Shown here one piece after another: positions 61,498 to 64,000 of a DNA stretch of 64,000 bases. The position numbers and the translations under genes are program-made. The number at the start of each line of letters is the position of its first letter. The first letter of the stretch is position 1. Location of the stretch: positions 1-64,000 of IMG/VR virus record IMGVR_UViG_3300014720_000001. The stretch is one strand, 5' to 3'. The notes beneath the pieces were generated by a model that worked only from the letters and a program-made list of their open reading frames with translations, did no database searches and had not been told where the DNA came from.

Positions 61498-62463
61498 TTA
61501 CTCTCCCGCGGACGAGCCGCCCAAGCTGTTAAGAAGCGCCGGGACACCGAGCGCGCCAAGGACGGGAAGACCGATGCCGGCCAGTCTGCCGCCAACACGC
61601 GGTAGTTTACGCAGCGCAGCTTGCAGCTGTTGACCGGTTAAACGTCGGCCCGCGGTGCCGACGCCAGACGCCGGCTCCGACGCGATTGCGGCGAGTACGT
61701 TCGCGGTATCGTCGGCACCGCGGCCAAGTATACCGCCAAGAAAATCGCCGCGGGCGGCGCGGGCCGCGTTTTGTACGCGCCCAGCTACGCTTGCCGGCGT
61801 ATTAATTTTTGCTTCTTCGAACGGAAGGCTGACGTCACGATTAACGCGGTCTGTACCAAAAATACCGCTTAAAAGTCGATTACGTGTAAACGGCGCAAAC
61901 GGCGTTTTTCGCACATGCTGTGTCAAGTTATCTGTAATTTTCGACGCGCCGCTGTTTGCCCGCAGTTGTTCAATTGTTGGTCGCAGTTGTTTAACGACCG
62001 GATCATCAGACTCAAGCAGTCGGTTCAGTTTGCCGTACGCGTCGATAGAGTTGGCAACTTGTCGGCCACCGTACGCGCCGGCTCCGGCGCCAGCCAGATT
62101 AAACAGCGCATTACTTGACGACCCGTCTTGATTCTTTACGGCAGCAATCGCGGGTGGCGGAGCCGTTTTTGTAAGCAGCATGTTCTTAGCCGCGGTTGCA
62201 CCGAGGCCGCCGATGCCGCCCATGAGCGCGTAGTCCAACACGGCACGCCGTTTTTTCTTTCCTTGTAGCGCACCAATCAACCCGCCTGCGCCAGCACCGA
62301 TAGCGGCGTTTTGGAGATACGGGTTGCTAAGCACCTGCGAAAGATCAGCTTGCTTCGTTAGCGCAGTGGTCACCGCAGCCACCTTCTCAACCGCCGCGTC
62401 GGGGGTGCGGGTTGCGATAGCCGATAAACCGCGCGCTAATTCTTGTGCGTCAGTTGTATTCAT
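61498..62463 (-). CDS. glycine-zipper protein, putative internal/ejection protein
   Basis: GAGAGGLIG, GGIGGLG, GAGAGAYGG and GIGLPVLGALG segments; KVAA and KQA near the N-terminus. Confidence 0.6.
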   Translation of the reverse strand: MNTTDAQELARGLSAIATRTPDAAVEKVAAVTTALTKQADLSQVLSNPYLQNAAIGAGAGGLIGALQGKKKRRAVLDYALMGGIGGLGATAAKNMLLTKTAPPPAIAAVKNQDGSSSNALFNLAGAGAGAYGGRQVANSIDAYGKLNRLLESDDPVVKQLRPTIEQLRANSGASKITDNLTQHVRKTPFAPFTRNRLLSGIFGTDRVNRDVSLPFEEAKINTPASVAGRVQNAARAARGDFLGGILGRGADDTANVLAAIASEPASGVGTAGRRLTGQQLQAALRKLPRVGGRLAGIGLPVLGALGVPALLNSLGGSSAGE

Positions 62464-62465
62464 GA

Positions 62466-63839
62466 TTACAGCAACTCACGAGCTTTTTGCTGCGCTTCGA
62501 GATTACTCTTTATGCTCTCGGCGCGGATCTTTTCCATTTCAATCAGCTGCTTGATATCAAAATCGGCGAGTTGGCCGGCTTCTAACCGTTTTCGCAACAG
62601 CGCCTGCATCGCGGCGCCCGAGCCGGTGAAGTTCGGCGCAATTTCGGCGATCTGGTTGTATGCGGAAGCTACCTCGTGCGGGTCGTAGCCGGAGATAACC
62701 GGGTCGTTCAGAATAAGATCGTTCAGCACGCCACGCGATTTGATTTGCTGTAGTTTGTTTTCGTGCTCCGCGTCGGACATGCGCATAAACGCTTTTTGTT
62801 TTTGCTTAGTCGGGTCATTGGCCTTGCCAGCTTCCGTGTCCATTTCTCCGGCTAGACCCGCTGGGCTCATCAGTTTGCCGAGATGGCCCATCGTACCGCT
62901 ATAGGATGTCAGGGGCGGGGCCGAGTCTTGTTTTTTTTTAACCGCCGCCACCTTTAAAGCTAGCGGCGCGGTTTTGGGGTCGTGAAGGATTGAGCCGGTT
63001 ACGGGTGTCGGAGCCGCTTTCTTTTCGTCTGCCGGCGCCGCGAATGCCGCAAGCTTATTCTGTGCGTCGTTATGCAGTTCTACCGCTTTGATAACGTTCT
63101 CTACCAACGTCACAACGGGCAGATTACCGAAGTAATCCTGCTTTGTGGTGGCCTGTTTTGTGAAGTGCGGGTAAACCGCTGCAATTTTATTAAGGGTTGA
63201 CGCGCCCATGTCGCCGAGCCGTAAACCAACTTCGCGCACAGCGTCGTTAAACGACATGTGACCCGGAACGCGGAAATACTGGGCCAGCTCTTCCATTGCG
63301 CTTGCCGCTTTGTGGTGCGCAACCGTAGCCTGCCGGCGCGTCTCTTCCATAGCCTGCTTGGCGGCTTGTTTCTGGCTGTATGTACGCATGACCGCTGAGT
63401 GCTCATCGCGGGGCGGCGGGGTGTACGTCTTTTCTGGTAATACACTCTTGGCGGCGGCCGCTTTGTTTAATGCGGCGTTGCGGCGGGATATAAACCCAGT
63501 TGGCGACACCGCGTACTCGGTTGATATAACGCTGTTTTGCGTTAGCTCGGCCGACGTCTTTACATGTTTTGGATACAACGCGTTCATAACAACGTCTGCA
63601 TCTGCCAGCTGAAAGTCGGCAGCTTTCTCAAGCGTCGTCTCGCCTAGCTCGCGCTGCTTATTGGTGCGGCCAGTGTTATAGGCGTGCACCATAAGATTGA
63701 TGTGCCCGGCCGGGATATTGGCGTCCGACGCGCTTTTGATAATTGCAGCGTTAGGTGTCTCGCCGCCGTTAACCAACGTCGCAGCGCGCTCGATGGCGCT
63801 TAACAGCTTTTGCTCAGCTTTTTTACTTAGTGCCCGCAT
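62466..63839 (-). CDS. K-x-A-rich head cluster protein
   Basis: 457 aa helical protein with about a dozen K-x-A(A/S) motifs. Confidence 0.75.
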   Translation of the reverse strand: MRALSKKAEQKLLSAIERAATLVNGGETPNAAIIKSASDANIPAGHINLMVHAYNTGRTNKQRELGETTLEKAADFQLADADVVMNALYPKHVKTSAELTQNSVISTEYAVSPTGFISRRNAALNKAAAAKSVLPEKTYTPPPRDEHSAVMRTYSQKQAAKQAMEETRRQATVAHHKAASAMEELAQYFRVPGHMSFNDAVREVGLRLGDMGASTLNKIAAVYPHFTKQATTKQDYFGNLPVVTLVENVIKAVELHNDAQNKLAAFAAPADEKKAAPTPVTGSILHDPKTAPLALKVAAVKKKQDSAPPLTSYSGTMGHLGKLMSPAGLAGEMDTEAGKANDPTKQKQKAFMRMSDAEHENKLQQIKSRGVLNDLILNDPVISGYDPHEVASAYNQIAEIAPNFTGSGAAMQALLRKRLEAGQLADFDIKQLIEMEKIRAESIKSNLEAQQKARELL

Positions 63840-64000
63840 CGATTTTCTCCGGGTAGTGCAGTTCTTGAATCAGATTTTGATGCTGCAAAGAACCGCCAGC
63901 CGCAATAATCATCATTTCGTCATTGCGTAATTCTGCTGCGCCGTCATCAAAGGGTAACATTTTTACAGCTACGGAATCTAGTTTTGTCCCTACTTTAAAC
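63823..64000 (-). CDS. hypothetical protein, 3' end only
   Basis: Frame open from the window edge: FKVGTKLDSVAVKMLPFDD...YPEKIDAGTK*, overlapping the next start. Confidence 0.55.
   Translation of the reverse strand, partial: FKVGTKLDSVAVKMLPFDDGAAELRNDEMMIIAAGGSLQHQNLIQELHYPEKIDAGTK

Overview
This window is a 64-kb segment of a large contractile-tailed (myovirus-like) bacteriophage genome, read in the standard genetic code. Almost all genes lie on the - strand. Reading from the right end, it holds the head module (assemblin-type prohead protease, scaffold, decoration protein, HK97-fold major capsid protein), neck proteins, tail sheath and tube, central spike, tail chaperones, a 1554-aa tape measure protein, and hub and baseplate genes with a sigma-70-family gene embedded among them. 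These are followed by five diverged paralogous baseplate/fibre genes, two collagen-like fibre proteins (one with about 12-14 Cys-rich 60-aa repeats), and Ig/FN3 proteins. The left part holds accessory genes: csrA, a primase-like protein, a pyrimidine-dimer glycosylase family protein, a GNAT, a T5orf172 protein and tRNA-Thr(UGU). Three lone + strand genes include a GpA-like large terminase. No portal, integrase, DNA polymerase, CRISPR array or reverse transcriptase is visible. Two patterns stand out. (1) The phage encodes CsrA, and the ribosome-binding sites of at least nine genes, including the major capsid and sheath genes, fold into CsrA-type A(C/U)GGAG hexaloop hairpins whose stem sequences differ from gene to gene. 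This suggests a phage-encoded post-transcriptional regulon over virion assembly. (2) A K-x-A motif is strongly enriched in head proteins and in one distant + strand protein but absent from the sheath, suggesting a maturation-protease cleavage or head-targeting code. All family assignments come from motif recognition by eye; no database search was run.
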